Assembly (NCBI GenBank): GCA_000165425.1
Contig: CT868374.1
Location: forward strand, 310,001 to 374,000
Direction of reading: 5' to 3'
DNA: 64,000 bases
Origin: Paramecium tetraurelia
Lineage: Eukaryota
The translations under genes were made by a program, and so were the position numbers. This document shows positions 52,735-64,000 of this stretch, piece after piece; the first letter of the stretch is position 1, and each line of letters begins with the position of its first letter. The notes beneath the pieces are model-generated. The model worked only from the letters and a program-made list of their open reading frames with translations. It was not told the DNA's origin and made no database searches.

Positions 52735-54096
52735 TCATATAAATTCATCATCTTCTGATTTCCATTCCTCCTCTGAATCCATGTTATATTACATTTTCAT
52801 GCTGAATCTAAAAAACCCAGCCATCCCTCCAAATCCTTTATAAAATTAATGCCCCTCAGCACTATTATCCGAAATCAACTGGAAGTCTATTCCTTTTTCT
52901 CTATAGTTTTCTGCTAGATATTCAACAAGATCCTGACAAGATGTAACTTGAAATTGCTCTCCTTTATTGTCTTCGAAAAGACTTCCTTGTTCATATAAGT
53001 CTAATCCTTTAAGATACTTTATTGATTTCACTAATTTAATTAATAAATCTTACCTCCAGTCTATTTGCTGATGCATTCTACTCTAGAGTACTCCAATGTT
53101 TAGATACAGATCACTTATTTCACCAATTCTTGTTCTATTGCTTTCATGGTATCAACAACCCCATACACTGACTTTCCATTATCAAGGTCAAGACTCAAAA
53201 AGAATTTAGCCACTAAATCCTTCTCTCTCTGAAGTTTCTAGTTTTACAATACTTCTTAAGAATACTAAATTGCTTAATTGAAACCGTTCTCCCCTCCATA
53301 ATTAACATCTACTATTGATAGAATTAAGGGCTGCAATCTTTTATCCAGTGCGGGAGACTCGGCTAATTTATTCTTGAAGTCCGCTATTCCTGCTAAGACT
53401 AAGCCCTTAATAGTTGGCTTATCATCAGAAATAAAACAATTCTTAGCTTGCTCGCTAACCTTTATCAAATAATTATGTCTCGCCCAATATCTTATTCTGG
53501 AGAATCTTAAAGAAGATTGTCCTCCTTTATTGTGCTTCTTTGGTAAGTCGACATTAAACGATTTCAGTGTTTCCTTGCTTATCCCTTAAACCTTTCCAAA
53601 TAAAGCTCCATTTCCATCCATGATGATAAATCCATATGATGGCTCTAATTTTAAGAGAGGCTCCAACTATTCAATATGAAAATAGTTGTCGCAAAAAAAC
53701 AAGGAAAGTTGTAATGGTCTAAATGGTTCTATGACATATGATATCTTTTTCTATCCTTTTTCGAATTCTACTAGTCCTGAAAACAATACTAATCCTGATG
53801 CTGGGGCCTTAGTGTATTTTTTTAATTCTAGTCTTTAAATAATTATTCATACTTAAAACAGCTCCTTAAATTGAATCTTAGACTGAAGTCCGATTTACCT
53901 TATCTTATATTGATGCAGCCTCAGAAAATTGTGTGTTTAATCTATTTGTGATATCTGAAATTATTTTTTTTGGTGGAATGTATAAAGATACAGCACTTGT
54001 TCCTATTACTTTTGTTTTACTCAAAGTCTTTATAATCTTTGATAATCTGAACTACTCAATTTCTAATTCCTATTCTTGTATTTGATTTTAATTCAT
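52735..54096 (-). CDS. eRF1: Eukaryotic peptide chain release factor 1, divergent ciliate variant
   Basis: GTSAVSLYIPP, EAASIQDKVNR, IEPFRP, FFCDNYF, GFIIMDGNGALFG, LPKKHNKGGQSSLRFSR, VDVNYGGENGFNQAI, GFGGMAGFFRF; two introns. Confidence 0.95.
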
Positions 54097-54160
54097 TTAT
54101 ATTATCTATTATCTATTGACTATTGCATATTCTTTTTATGAATAGGTAAAAACAAAAAGG

Positions 54161-54217
54161 ATTTTATTGATAAATTCTGAATCTATAATTTAATCTATCA
54201 GAATTTATCAATAAAAT
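54161..54217. repeat. Perfect 20-bp inverted repeat with 17-nt spacer, upstream of eRF1
   Basis: attttattgataaattctga (54161-54180) and its exact reverse complement tcagaatttatcaataaaat (54198-54217). Confidence 0.9.
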
Positions 54218-54727
54218 TAATTATAATTCAATATAATTAACTTATTTCGAATATATTATTTTATATTTAATTTAAAACTAAAAAATAAATTTATAATTTA
54301 ATCTATTTAAGTAATTTTTTGGAAAATATAATTATCTTACTCTAAAATTTTTTTGTAAGTATCAATTATATTTTAAGATATGGAAATAGAAATAAGTGTT
54401 AATTTATCGTTCACTTTTTGGAAAAATCATTTAATACTAATTTTATATAATCTTGAAAAAGTAGTTAAAATGATAGTTGAAGGTAATTAAAATGAATTAT
54501 CATTTTTGCCTTTATGAAAAGGATTTTATAAACATTAGATAACCATGAATATGATTAAAATAATCTAATGAGAATAATTAGGTGTACGACTGAAAGAGGA
54601 TTAAAAGTTAAAATGAATCATTATAGGAAGATCCATATAAGAGAATTAAGAACATCTACTCGATTTTTTTTATAGAAAATATCATTATTTAATTTTATTA
54701 ATACAAAAATTTTATTAGAATACTTGG

Positions 54728-56514
54728 TCATAATATTATATTTGATAAATCATACTATTATTACTATTATTAAGGGGGATCGTTTAATCCTATCAAATCA
54801 ATAGTTTCTTATTGTTGAATTAATGGTAATTATTAAGATTAGATTTATGTAGTTTGAACTCCAAATTATTGTTAACTATTTCCATTCCAAAAGTTCATAG
54901 ATGGTTGAGTTGACTAATGAGACTGCTCAGTATTATTGGTAGTAACATCCCATGCACTATTAGTTGGAGATGTTGAAAATGAGTTAATTTATAATTGTTG
55001 AACTTGTTATTATTAGTGTTATTATTATTATTAAGGTTAATTGAATTAGGAATCCCACTAAAATGGATTTGGACTTGGTGAGTGAGATGTTTAAACAAAT
55101 CCAAAATTATCAAAACCTTATAGATTAGTTTATTATTAAGTGGTCCATTGATTCGAATTACCCCAAGCATTGTTGGTACTAAAAGATTATTAAGGGTTAT
55201 TAAATTGAGCAAAAATATCCTATTATGATTTTGATTATGATGTTTATTGCTATTAATTAAATTCAGAAAATTGTTGAAATTATTATTATTATAATCCTGA
55301 TTTTTATTATTGCTACATTTATTACCTCTACACATATTATTGCTATGGTTATCTAATTGATTATTATGGTTATTTCACTTGAGACTTTTCTGTTTAGATC
55401 TTTTTTTATAGGTTCATTAATTCATCTATTGGAATATCACCATCAAACTTTTTCACTTTGAAACTGTTTTTATTATATTATTCCATTTCTTATTCTAATT
55501 TTTAGTCTCTATTTTTAATTTCTATTGCTTAGGCCTAAAATTTGCTTCAAACTAATACATTCAATTATATGTATGGTAATGAATGAAATTAAGCTAGAAT
55601 TCTTTCAACATCAAAAATAGATGGTCTTAATTTTGGATCAGGAGTAAGCATAAGTCTAATAAAATCGATCAATTTATCTGAATATCTGTGCTATTTGGGT
55701 ATATTGTATGTGGCAGTAGAAATTGCTAATTTTGAACTCTCTTAAAATGGATGAATGAAAAAACACAAAGTGTATAATACACATCCTAGCATCCAAACAT
55801 CAGCTTTCTCTCCTACTTCGTATCTCAAAAATAAGTCAGCCATTTCTGGAGGCCTATACATTAATGTTGTGTTTTTTTCCCATTCTTCTTCATAAATTAC
55901 GAAATCAGACTGTCTGACTTGACTATGATAAATAGATTATAAATCTAACCTTAAGTCTACTCTTTGGGTACTAGCTGATCCAAAATCACACAATTTACAT
56001 CTTCCATTTTAAAATAACACATTCTCTATTTTTATATCTCTATGAGTCATTGGAGGTTATAATGTATGCAATGACTTTATACCTTAAGTGATTTCCTAGT
56101 AGGATTTAGATTAATCAATTAATACCTTTATGTAACCCAAAAGCTGCTCTTCTGAAAATCTTGAATTTGGATCTTTAGCCATCAAATCGAATAAACTTCC
56201 ACCTCCGCAAAATTCCATTAGAATCAAACATACTTGCTGTCCTTTATCCTAAATAAATGTGCCTCCCATGAAATTGACCAAATTTGGATGTCTCGGCAAT
56301 CGTTTCTAGATAAAATTTGAATTTGTCATACCATAATTTCCAACTCGTTTCTTGCTACTTTTGTTCTCTCTTCTCCTTAACAATAAGATTTTTTCAAAGC
56401 AAAAACCTCCTTAGTATTCACATCTATTGCTTTCAGTATGTAACCATATCCACCTTCAGATAATAACTTTTCTTCTTAAATTGTACGCCCATTAATGTTA
56501 TATCTAGATAGCAT
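54728..56514 (-). CDS. NAK-family (AAK1/GAK/BIKE-like) Ser/Thr kinase with Gln-rich tail
   Basis: LSEGGYGYI, FALKK, PPMTHRDIKIENVL, KLCDFGSAST, NTTLMYRPPEMADL, KADVWMLGC; tail has poly-Q encoded by TAA/TAG, NPF and DLIGLND. Confidence 0.9.
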
Positions 56515-56528
56515 ATTAAAATTTATAA

Positions 56529-57041
56529 TCATTCGCATTCACTCCAATTTGATTATTAGAATCGCTCATTAAAATTAGCATAGTTCCTATTGCCTCCAGA
56601 CCTAGCTGTGCTAGTATAAAATCCTTTAGAACTAGTAGTAACATCAGTATTTCTAATTTAGGAAATCATTCATCATACTTCCTTAAATTTATCATAAAAG
56701 TCTTGAGAGGTAATTGCATTTTAGGAGGTCTTTTTCCTTTGTACTTACTAGAACTTCCTATTGAAACGTCGTCTGATAAGTTATTATAACTTTTGGGAGA
56801 ATACTCTTCACAAGAGTAATTATGGAAGTTCTCCAGTAAGCGAAACTCGTCTCTGTCTTCTAGATATTGAGTCATAGCTATTCCTATCCTTTCATCCCTC
56901 TAAATCACCAAATCTATTTGACACTCAGTTTTTTCAATTACCTTTCAATTTCGCTTTCTAATCCTCATTTATCTGCTAGCCTTTGCATAACATGTATATT
57001 TTATAAAATAACTTTCCCTCTACACTTTCTATCTGCTCCAT
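56529..57041 (-). CDS. Hypothetical protein
   Basis: MEQIESVEGKLFYKIYML...; two introns; ends SNWSECE-TGA. Confidence 0.55.
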
Positions 57042-57329
57042 TTATTAATAATATAATAATAAATAATATTTTATTATCTTCATGAACTACAATATTGAAT
57101 CAATTCTTTATTTAATAACTTAACATGTCAAGAACTATGAACAAATGTTATATCTTATCTTGATGAGAACAATTAAAAATTAAACTACATTATTTTGACC
57201 AAGATTAACAGACTGATCTTTCAAATTTATAAAATCCTATTTGAAGTAAATAAACTAAAAGAACAGAAAATGTTAATAAAATCAAAACTAGCAATTGTTT
57301 ATGAAATTAAGAATATTTTTAAGAAATAA

Positions 57330-57876
57330 TCATTACTTTTTGCCCTTCACCCAAATGCCTTCAATCACATTTCCATTCGGCTCTATTAACTTCCCTTTAC
57401 CATCTTGTCTCCCATTCTTCCAAGCACCTATGTATTTCTAGCCATCTGGCCATCTCAACTCCCCAAACCCATCCTTTTTATCATTTTTGAATTCACCTTA
57501 ACGATTTAATAAAATCATTACCGACATACTCCTTACCATCAAAACTAAGCGTACCCTGACCTTCCATCTTACCATTAACCCAATTACCCTTGTACACTCG
57601 GCCATTGTACCAATAATATTCACCATATCCATGAAAATTTTCATTCAAAAATTCACCCTCATAATGTGAAGAATCACTCCACTTGAAAACTCCTTGTTTA
57701 ATCTTTTTGCCCTTTTCAAATTAGCCTTCAAATTAGGTTCCATTATCCCAGATAATTTTACCTTTTCCATCCTAGATTCACCTTAAGAATTATACAGGAA
57801 GCCCATCTTTCATTTCGCCATCGTATATTCCTCCATCTGGAAAAGTGTAAGGAACTTAAGAATAACAAGAGCCCAT
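57330..57876 (-). CDS. MORN-repeat protein, predicted N-myristoylated/palmitoylated
   Basis: MGSCYS start; repeats such as YKGNWVNGKMEGQG and YIGAWKNGRQDGKG; two introns. Confidence 0.88.
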
Positions 57877-57892
57877 AATTAGAAATAAATAA

Positions 57893-59110
57893 TCAATCGA
57901 ATTTATATTCAATTAAATCAAGTAGCCTTTGACGGTTTTTATTGAAAAGACCAAGATTTTCCTAATCGGCCGCTTCCATTAAATAGGTTGCTAAATATTT
58001 GAGCTCCTAATCATTCATGTCATCATGCCATTCCAGTATGGGAATCCCATTGTCTATCTAAAACCCAAACGAATGAGCCAAGTTATCAACAATCAGCATA
58101 TTCTTAATTTGCTTATTGGAAATAACCCGAAGATCCTTTATGTAAAACCCCTATTTAGTCTCCAAACAATTCTGTCTTGATAAAATTCCAGAAATCCACT
58201 GTCCCTTCGGATCCAAGTACCTTACAATGGCGCTAGCATAAGCACTGGACGAAGCAGTGTACACATAGATCGTATAGAGTAAACTCATTTACTATAGGAA
58301 CCATTAACAAAATGGCCGAATATTTAAATATATCTAAAAATATAAACATACAATTACTCTTGCATGCTCTCCTTAGTCGCTCACAGCAGGTATGGAAGTT
58401 TAATATTGATCCCTAGCTGAACAACTGTGGATTAATGTTTCATCTAAATCCAAGAGTAAAGTTTTTGTTTTAGGAATTCTGGCTTCGGGTAACATTTAAG
58501 TTTTGCTCTTAATATAATTATAACTGGGTTCCTTAAGACATCGCTTAGCATAGATTAGTCCTCTTTAGATGAGGTGTAAAAATTTATTGAATGAGGTTTC
58601 ACTGATGGACGGACCATATATGAGATGACGAAAAGGATGAGATGATAATTTGCATTTAATATTCTATTTGGATTTTGAGTATTCTATGTCAGAATTAGCA
58701 TTTCTCTACAATTTTCTATGATTATATATATCATACACTAAAAAAATCTCATCATTATTGTACTATTTCAATTTCTATTGAAGTTTGCTTGATTATATTG
58801 TTATGTTATAAGGATCTTCATAATTACTGTGTGTTATATCTGTTTGAGCATCTTCTTCTTATTCCTCCTAAGCACCCTCAACATCCCCTTCTATTGGATT
58901 CACTAAATTCCTAAATTTTGACAGTTTTTAACCTGCATTAAATTTAATTTTTACTAATTGGTCCTCTTTTAATATCCCTTGAGGAATCTTTGTCTGAATC
59001 ATCAGTATAATAACCTGTAAGGTTTTGACTAAAATGTGACATCTTACTGGGTGGTTTACTGATTTATTTTAAGTAAACCTCTTGATTCTAATTTGTTTCA
59101 GAGGATTCAT
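57893..59110 (-). CDS. CTD small phosphatase-like (NIF/SCP family HAD phosphatase)
   Basis: KTLLLDLDETLIHS (DxDxT), NIRPF, YVYTAS, YLDP, FYIKDL, LIVDN, DNGIPI, DQELKYL. Confidence 0.92.
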
Positions 59111-60271
59111 CTTCAGAATAAAATTATTTATCATTATTCAAATGCTATAAATGCTTGATTGAAGTATTCGCTCTAAACTTGTATATATTATCCATTTAAT
59201 TAATTATATTTATCGATTATAAATTTATTGAAAGAATTTTATTTTTTTGGACAGAGCTTAAACATCTTAAATAAATCAATATTAAACCTAAATATAAGAA
59301 TAAGAACGAAGAGCAATTGATTTTATTCTGGAAAAAGATGAAAAAATTTATATTACACAATTAAACCAAAATGGAAATTGAATCAAAGATCAAGTTATAA
59401 AAATGAGAACTATTGTTAAGAAGTCTACTGTAAGTAGTTGAAAATCAAATTAACCTAATTTATAATTATGAAGAAAACTTATATTTTCACTCATAACATA
59501 AAAACAAATAATTGCAGAATTCATTTTAAGAACTCTATAATAGATATACCAAAATTTAGAGGGATTTGTACCTTTTACATATTTTCAATCGAATATATAT
59601 GTTCTCAAACTTAAAATTAATGCAAGCTTAATATCTAATAATTTGAATAACATAAAAAAGTAAAAGAAAAAATAAACCAACAGTCTAAATACTCTAAAAT
59701 GAAGGTCTATTAAACCAAGGAATAATTAATATAAATTAATGAGCTCTTAGAGTAACTTGAAAGAATGAAGAAAATAAAAATCCAAGACATTTAAAAAATC
59801 CTATTTTATAATGAGCATTCTCTCAATAAATACAAAGACGATATGAAGTTATTATGAAAAGAATTAGATAAATGATTTAGATGAAAAATTAAGAATAGCT
59901 ATAGTTTAAGATGAAGAATTTATTAGATAATCAAAAAATAGATAACAGAACAAAGAGCCCGGTCTCAATTAATAGCATATTAACTTAAAAAATAAGATCA
60001 TAGCAATTTAATCTAAAAAAAGCTCAATTTATGATACAGTATCATTTTAAAATAAAATTATTATCACAAAATATACTCTATGTATGTTTAATTTAATGAG
60101 ATAGAAAGTAAAGATTTTAGAAATATTTCAGCATTAAATCTTTTAATTAAATTACAAGGAATTTAAACCAAATATTATTGATTTCTTTATTTTATATTTT
60201 ACATCATTAAATAAATTTAATATTAAAAATTATATATTAATACGAAGATGATTTTTCAAGTAATCGTATTT

Positions 60272-61234
60272 TCAATTTTACTACTTTTTTGGTTTCATAT
60301 TACTCGTATCATATTAGCTATATTAAATATCATATTCTAGAGCTTTTTAGAGTGATTAAAGCGATTAGCTGTCTTCATCATCACCTGCTTATTATTTTAA
60401 TGTTTATTATTTAGCTAAAGTAATAGCATGTTTAGTATTAAACTTCATCAAAACTAAAGGGTTATTTTATTATTGTTATTGAGATTTAGAAACCTCATTC
60501 TTATTTTAAAATGTTCGTATAATTTCCAGTTTTATTTCGCTTTGAACTTTTAAGTATTATTTTTTTAATTCTTCGCTTATAGTCAATTCTTCATCTTAAA
60601 CTCCTTAGGCGTAAGCTTTTTAGGTTTTTAATTTTTTTCCTAAATTTTATAATACATGATAAGTTCGACAACACAATTCAATACCCTCTTACAAAATCTA
60701 TTCGTTTTTCACAAGGTTTATATTGTATTCGAAAAGATCCTACAAAGACTACTATAAAAACTGCTAGAAATTGTTGAGAATCTCGCTTGGGTATTTCTTG
60801 TCTAACTGATAAATTGGTTCTTCTAATTTCTTTAAACTAATAATGTCAAATCAATTCATACTCAACCATAAAAAAAGAGCTTTTATTACAGAGACAATCT
60901 ATTTCTTATCCTTAAAACTTATTTTTTGTTGTATTTAGGCACTCAAATCTTTTTCCATCTGCATAGAAACTTCAGATAACTCTTCCCCTAAGAGATATTA
61001 TTTTATTGCTTCCTCATCTGTGATCACATTCTATAGATCACTTTTAATTTCTTTTTTTTCCACTTATTCTTAAGCCTCCTAATGAGACTATTTTGGACAT
61101 TCTTCAATTTCCACCTATTTCTATGACGCTGGTTGCTTTTAACCTGAATTCAGGTTAGTGTCAAGTTCATTTTAGTTTGGTTTTGTTTGAATATTTTTGC
61201 CTTTCTGTTTTGCTTAACTTGAACAGGTTCCCAT
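60272..61234 (-). CDS. Hypothetical protein, predicted N-acylated
   Basis: MGTCSSQAKQKG start; coding frames with an intron near 60840-60865; TGA 60272. Confidence 0.55.
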
Positions 61235-61811
61235 TTTTATAAATAAAATATTATTGTATATCTGTAGAAATCAAAAACAAAGCATATTTAGTAATTAAGA
61301 CTTGAATATCATAATAACCACAATGATGCGAAATGATGTCATATAGAATAAGATGACAATTACCTGAAACTCTATGCCTTAAATGGTTTCCACATATAAA
61401 TTAAATAACTTGAACAAATATACAACTACCAATGATATCGAACTTGAAATTGATTTCCTCTTATAATATTTATTGAGGTAGAATTAGATTAAGCATGTTA
61501 AATATTATAAAAGAGATTAATACAAAATTTATAATCCTATTAAAGTTATATAAAATAATTAATTTCTTGTTTGGTAGTAATTATCCTCATCCTTGTTAGC
61601 TAAGATTAAAATAGAATCTTAATTTCAAAGAAGAAATTTAATTATTTAATTGCTACAATAAATGCGTTAATTAAAAATAATATTTTTAGTTAACTTTATT
61701 ATTAGAAATATTTGCTTAATTTAAGCAAATAAATTGCAAAATTAACTAATGACTATCATTTTCAATATTTATATATGTTTTAATAATAATATTGGTATCA
61801 GATTTTATTAA

Positions 61812-62479
61812 ATGTAAAAAAAACATTGTGATTTAATACTTAATGAAAAAGGTTCTCTTTGGTTAGGGAATTGCGAATCAGCACTTGATGTGGTATAATT
61901 ATGTGTGATTTAGGAATTCTTAAAACTTAAAGGAATAAAAACTGTGATAACAGTAGCAGCAGGATTGCAATTAAAACTAAATGGGTTAGTGCATCACATA
62001 ATAGAGATATTCGATAGTGATACGGCGAATATTTCGTAACATTTTTAAACTGCAAACGAATGGATAGAGAGAGGATTTAAGATTGGGGGTGTGTTAGGTA
62101 GTAATTATATGTTTAAAGAAGCTAAGTTCATTGCATGGCAGGTATATCCCGTTCAGCAGCAATAGTTATTAGTTACCTGATAGAAAAGAAGAAGATGAAT
62201 TATAATTAAGCGTTATCGTTTGTGAAATCTAAAAGACCATAAATTAATCCAAATAAGGGCTTTAGCAATTAATTACAAGCCTTTGTTGTTAAGGTCCAGT
62301 AATCTCCATTGGCTAGAAACACGAGAGGCAACAATTTCCAGCAAAACCAAGAATATTATGATTGTAATTATTATGCTCCGATCAATCGGAAGGGATCAGC
62401 GGGAATATTACAATAAAATATGAACTTTTATAAATCGATTACTAAATCAATTTCATAAAGTAAGAATAAAAATAAATGA
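61812..62479 (+). CDS. Dual-specificity protein phosphatase
   Basis: LWLGN, IKTVITVA, VLVHCMAGISRSAAIVISYL (after intron removal), INPNKGF. Confidence 0.92.
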
Positions 62480-62495
62480 GTTAAATATATTCATT

Positions 62496-62858
62496 TCAAC
62501 TATTAAAAACGAATCTTCTTTATGTGTGAATGTTTACACACTTGGGAGACCTCCTTGGGGTTGAATCTTAATTCTTGGATACACTTAATTATGATTTAAT
62601 AATCAAAGAGGGAAGTGTTCTTTGCTTAGGCAATTGACATTAGATAGGAGAGTTATAATATTCCATATATTTACGACTCTGTGGAACTATTTCAAATAAT
62701 GGATTCTTTATTGTTAGATTCCTTGGGGTCTAGTTTTGTAACATCTTAAGCAATTGGTTTTGTAATTTGTTCCTCTTTATAGAATGACTTGGAGAGGAGG
62801 CTTCCTGTTTCTACTTACTACTAATGTATTGAGAATGCGGGGATATTTGTTATCTCAT
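62496..62858 (-). CDS. Hypothetical Ser/Pro-rich basic protein
   Basis: 121-codon frame MRQQISPHSQ...RTLPSL...TPRRSPK...FVFNS-TGA, convergent with the DUSP gene. Confidence 0.4.
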
Positions 62859-63353
62859 AAATTAATTAAATGAGAAAATAATAATAGGAAGAAGCAGAAG
62901 AAGACTAGGCATCTCTGTTACCTATTAAGAATCATATCAAAAGAATTGAAGTAGATATTTAATTGAGGTCAATATTAGGAAATGTTGGTACTATTAAATA
63001 ATGATCTTGTGAATGATGATAAGGATATCGAAAAGAATAGACAAGATATCCGCAATTTAGGAGATGCTCAAAATAAGGAAAGAACACAATTACATAACTC
63101 ATTACTTGATCATTGTCATAAAATTGTAACTGATATGCGAGAATTAAATTAACAATCAAAAACTGAAACATATAATCTAAAATAACAAGTAATCAACTAA
63201 TTTATAAAAGCTTTCCTGTCTAAATCAAGACAAGATTAGATTATAATAAAATTTAATTGTACTCGAAAATAAAGTAATAGAAACAGACAAAGACATTGGC
63301 TTTAAACGTAGAAATCAATAATTAAATAAAAAAAAATGAATTAAGAGTAATAG

Positions 63354-64000
63354 TCATAGTTAATCAAAATGCTCTGAGGTTTTTCTCAATTATCCAACTT
63401 GTAAATCTCCTACTTCCTCTTACGTCTATTATTCATTTAATAGTTCTTCAGAATTTCCCAAATCCTTCCATCTATTATCATTTAGATCGATAATCTGAAT
63501 CAAATCTTGTGGAACATAATGAACATGATTATCCCAATTATTCCAATTCATATTTAATGGACTAGTAGCTTCCTCATCTATTGGAGCAATCAAAGGGTTT
63601 TTGCTCCTAGGCAAATATTGCATCTAGGTCGTTATCTCTGATGATTATAATCTCCCATCAATTTTCCTAATATCCACAATATCGCAGTCATCATAGCTTA
63701 TTAATGACTTTTTGTGTTGTCTCTTATGAATCCAAGGATGCAAAACCAAATCTTTAAATTATTATTATTAACGAACCTTCAGCCGACAATCTTTTTTCTG
63801 GATCTTTCTTTAATAATCGTTTTAATAGGTCTTATTCTAATGTATTCAACAATTTAAAAGCTGTTTAATTTTTCACATTTATTTCTGAATCTCTAATCAT
63901 TTCTATTGTATCTAAAATAGTTTCCTACTAAAATGGCAACTACCCAACTAATAATTAATACAAAATTATGCCTATTGACCAAATATCAACTACAAATAGT
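63354..64000 (-). CDS. Ser/Thr protein kinase, C-terminal part (5' end outside window)
   Basis: VDIWSIGIILYQLLVGQLPF, DLLKRLLRKDPEKRLSAE, LHPWI (subdomains IX-XI). Confidence 0.85.

Noticed and set aside
54895..55335. 146-aa Asn-rich ORF in the track
   Set aside because: Off-frame shadow of the TAA-rich poly-Gln tail of the NAK kinase.
59150..60200. Possible plus-strand coiled-coil gene
   Set aside because: Multiple TGA interruptions and no resolvable introns.
62959..63171. 70-aa hydrophobic ORF in the track
   Set aside because: No recognisable motif or supportable gene structure.
1..64000. Apparent mass pseudogenisation (in-frame TAA/TAG everywhere) and the short ORFs of the supplied track
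   Set aside because: TAA/TAG fall at Gln-compatible positions of conserved proteins (e.g. GSGQQSVTG, GFQQADP) and genes end in TGA. This is the ciliate code plus tiny introns; most listed ORFs are fragments or shadows.
1..64000. Telomeric repeats, IES or transposon remnants, tRNA/rRNA, CRISPR
   Set aside because: No C4A2/C3A3 tracts, transposase motifs, cloverleaf boxes or spaced repeat arrays were seen. IESs cannot be called without germline sequence.

Overview
Very AT-rich, gene-dense eukaryotic DNA that reads as ciliate macronuclear sequence, most consistent with Paramecium. Conserved proteins translate only with TAA/TAG = Gln and TGA = stop (table 6). Genes carry tiny GT..AG introns of about 21-30 nt, several intergenic gaps are under 50 bp, and a trichocyst matrix protein gene is present. 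The supplied ORF track uses the wrong code and ignores introns, so gene models were rebuilt by hand and boundaries are approximate. About 35 genes are supportable. They include an M16/bc1 core-like protein, glutamate dehydrogenase, SDF2-like, ELMO, Myb, TMP, TPR, RING, SDR, BCKDHB, three tandem SK-like channels, a large PAS/TmcB-like membrane protein, actin-fragmin-kinase-like, NTH1, eRF1, NAK kinase, MORN, CTD phosphatase and DUSP. Most notable: (1) an intact SK-like paralog whose K+ filter TVGYGD is replaced by AYAYED, flanked by two canonical paralogs; (2) a highly divergent eRF1 with a perfect 20-bp inverted repeat just upstream; (3) a RING protein with a 10-Trp C-terminal module; (4) a candidate divergent VDAC/Tom40-like beta-barrel; (5) a burst of single-base insertions in GDH, probably a sequencing artefact. 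No rRNA, tRNA, CRISPR, transposase or telomere repeats were recognised. All family calls come from recognising motifs by eye; no database search was run.
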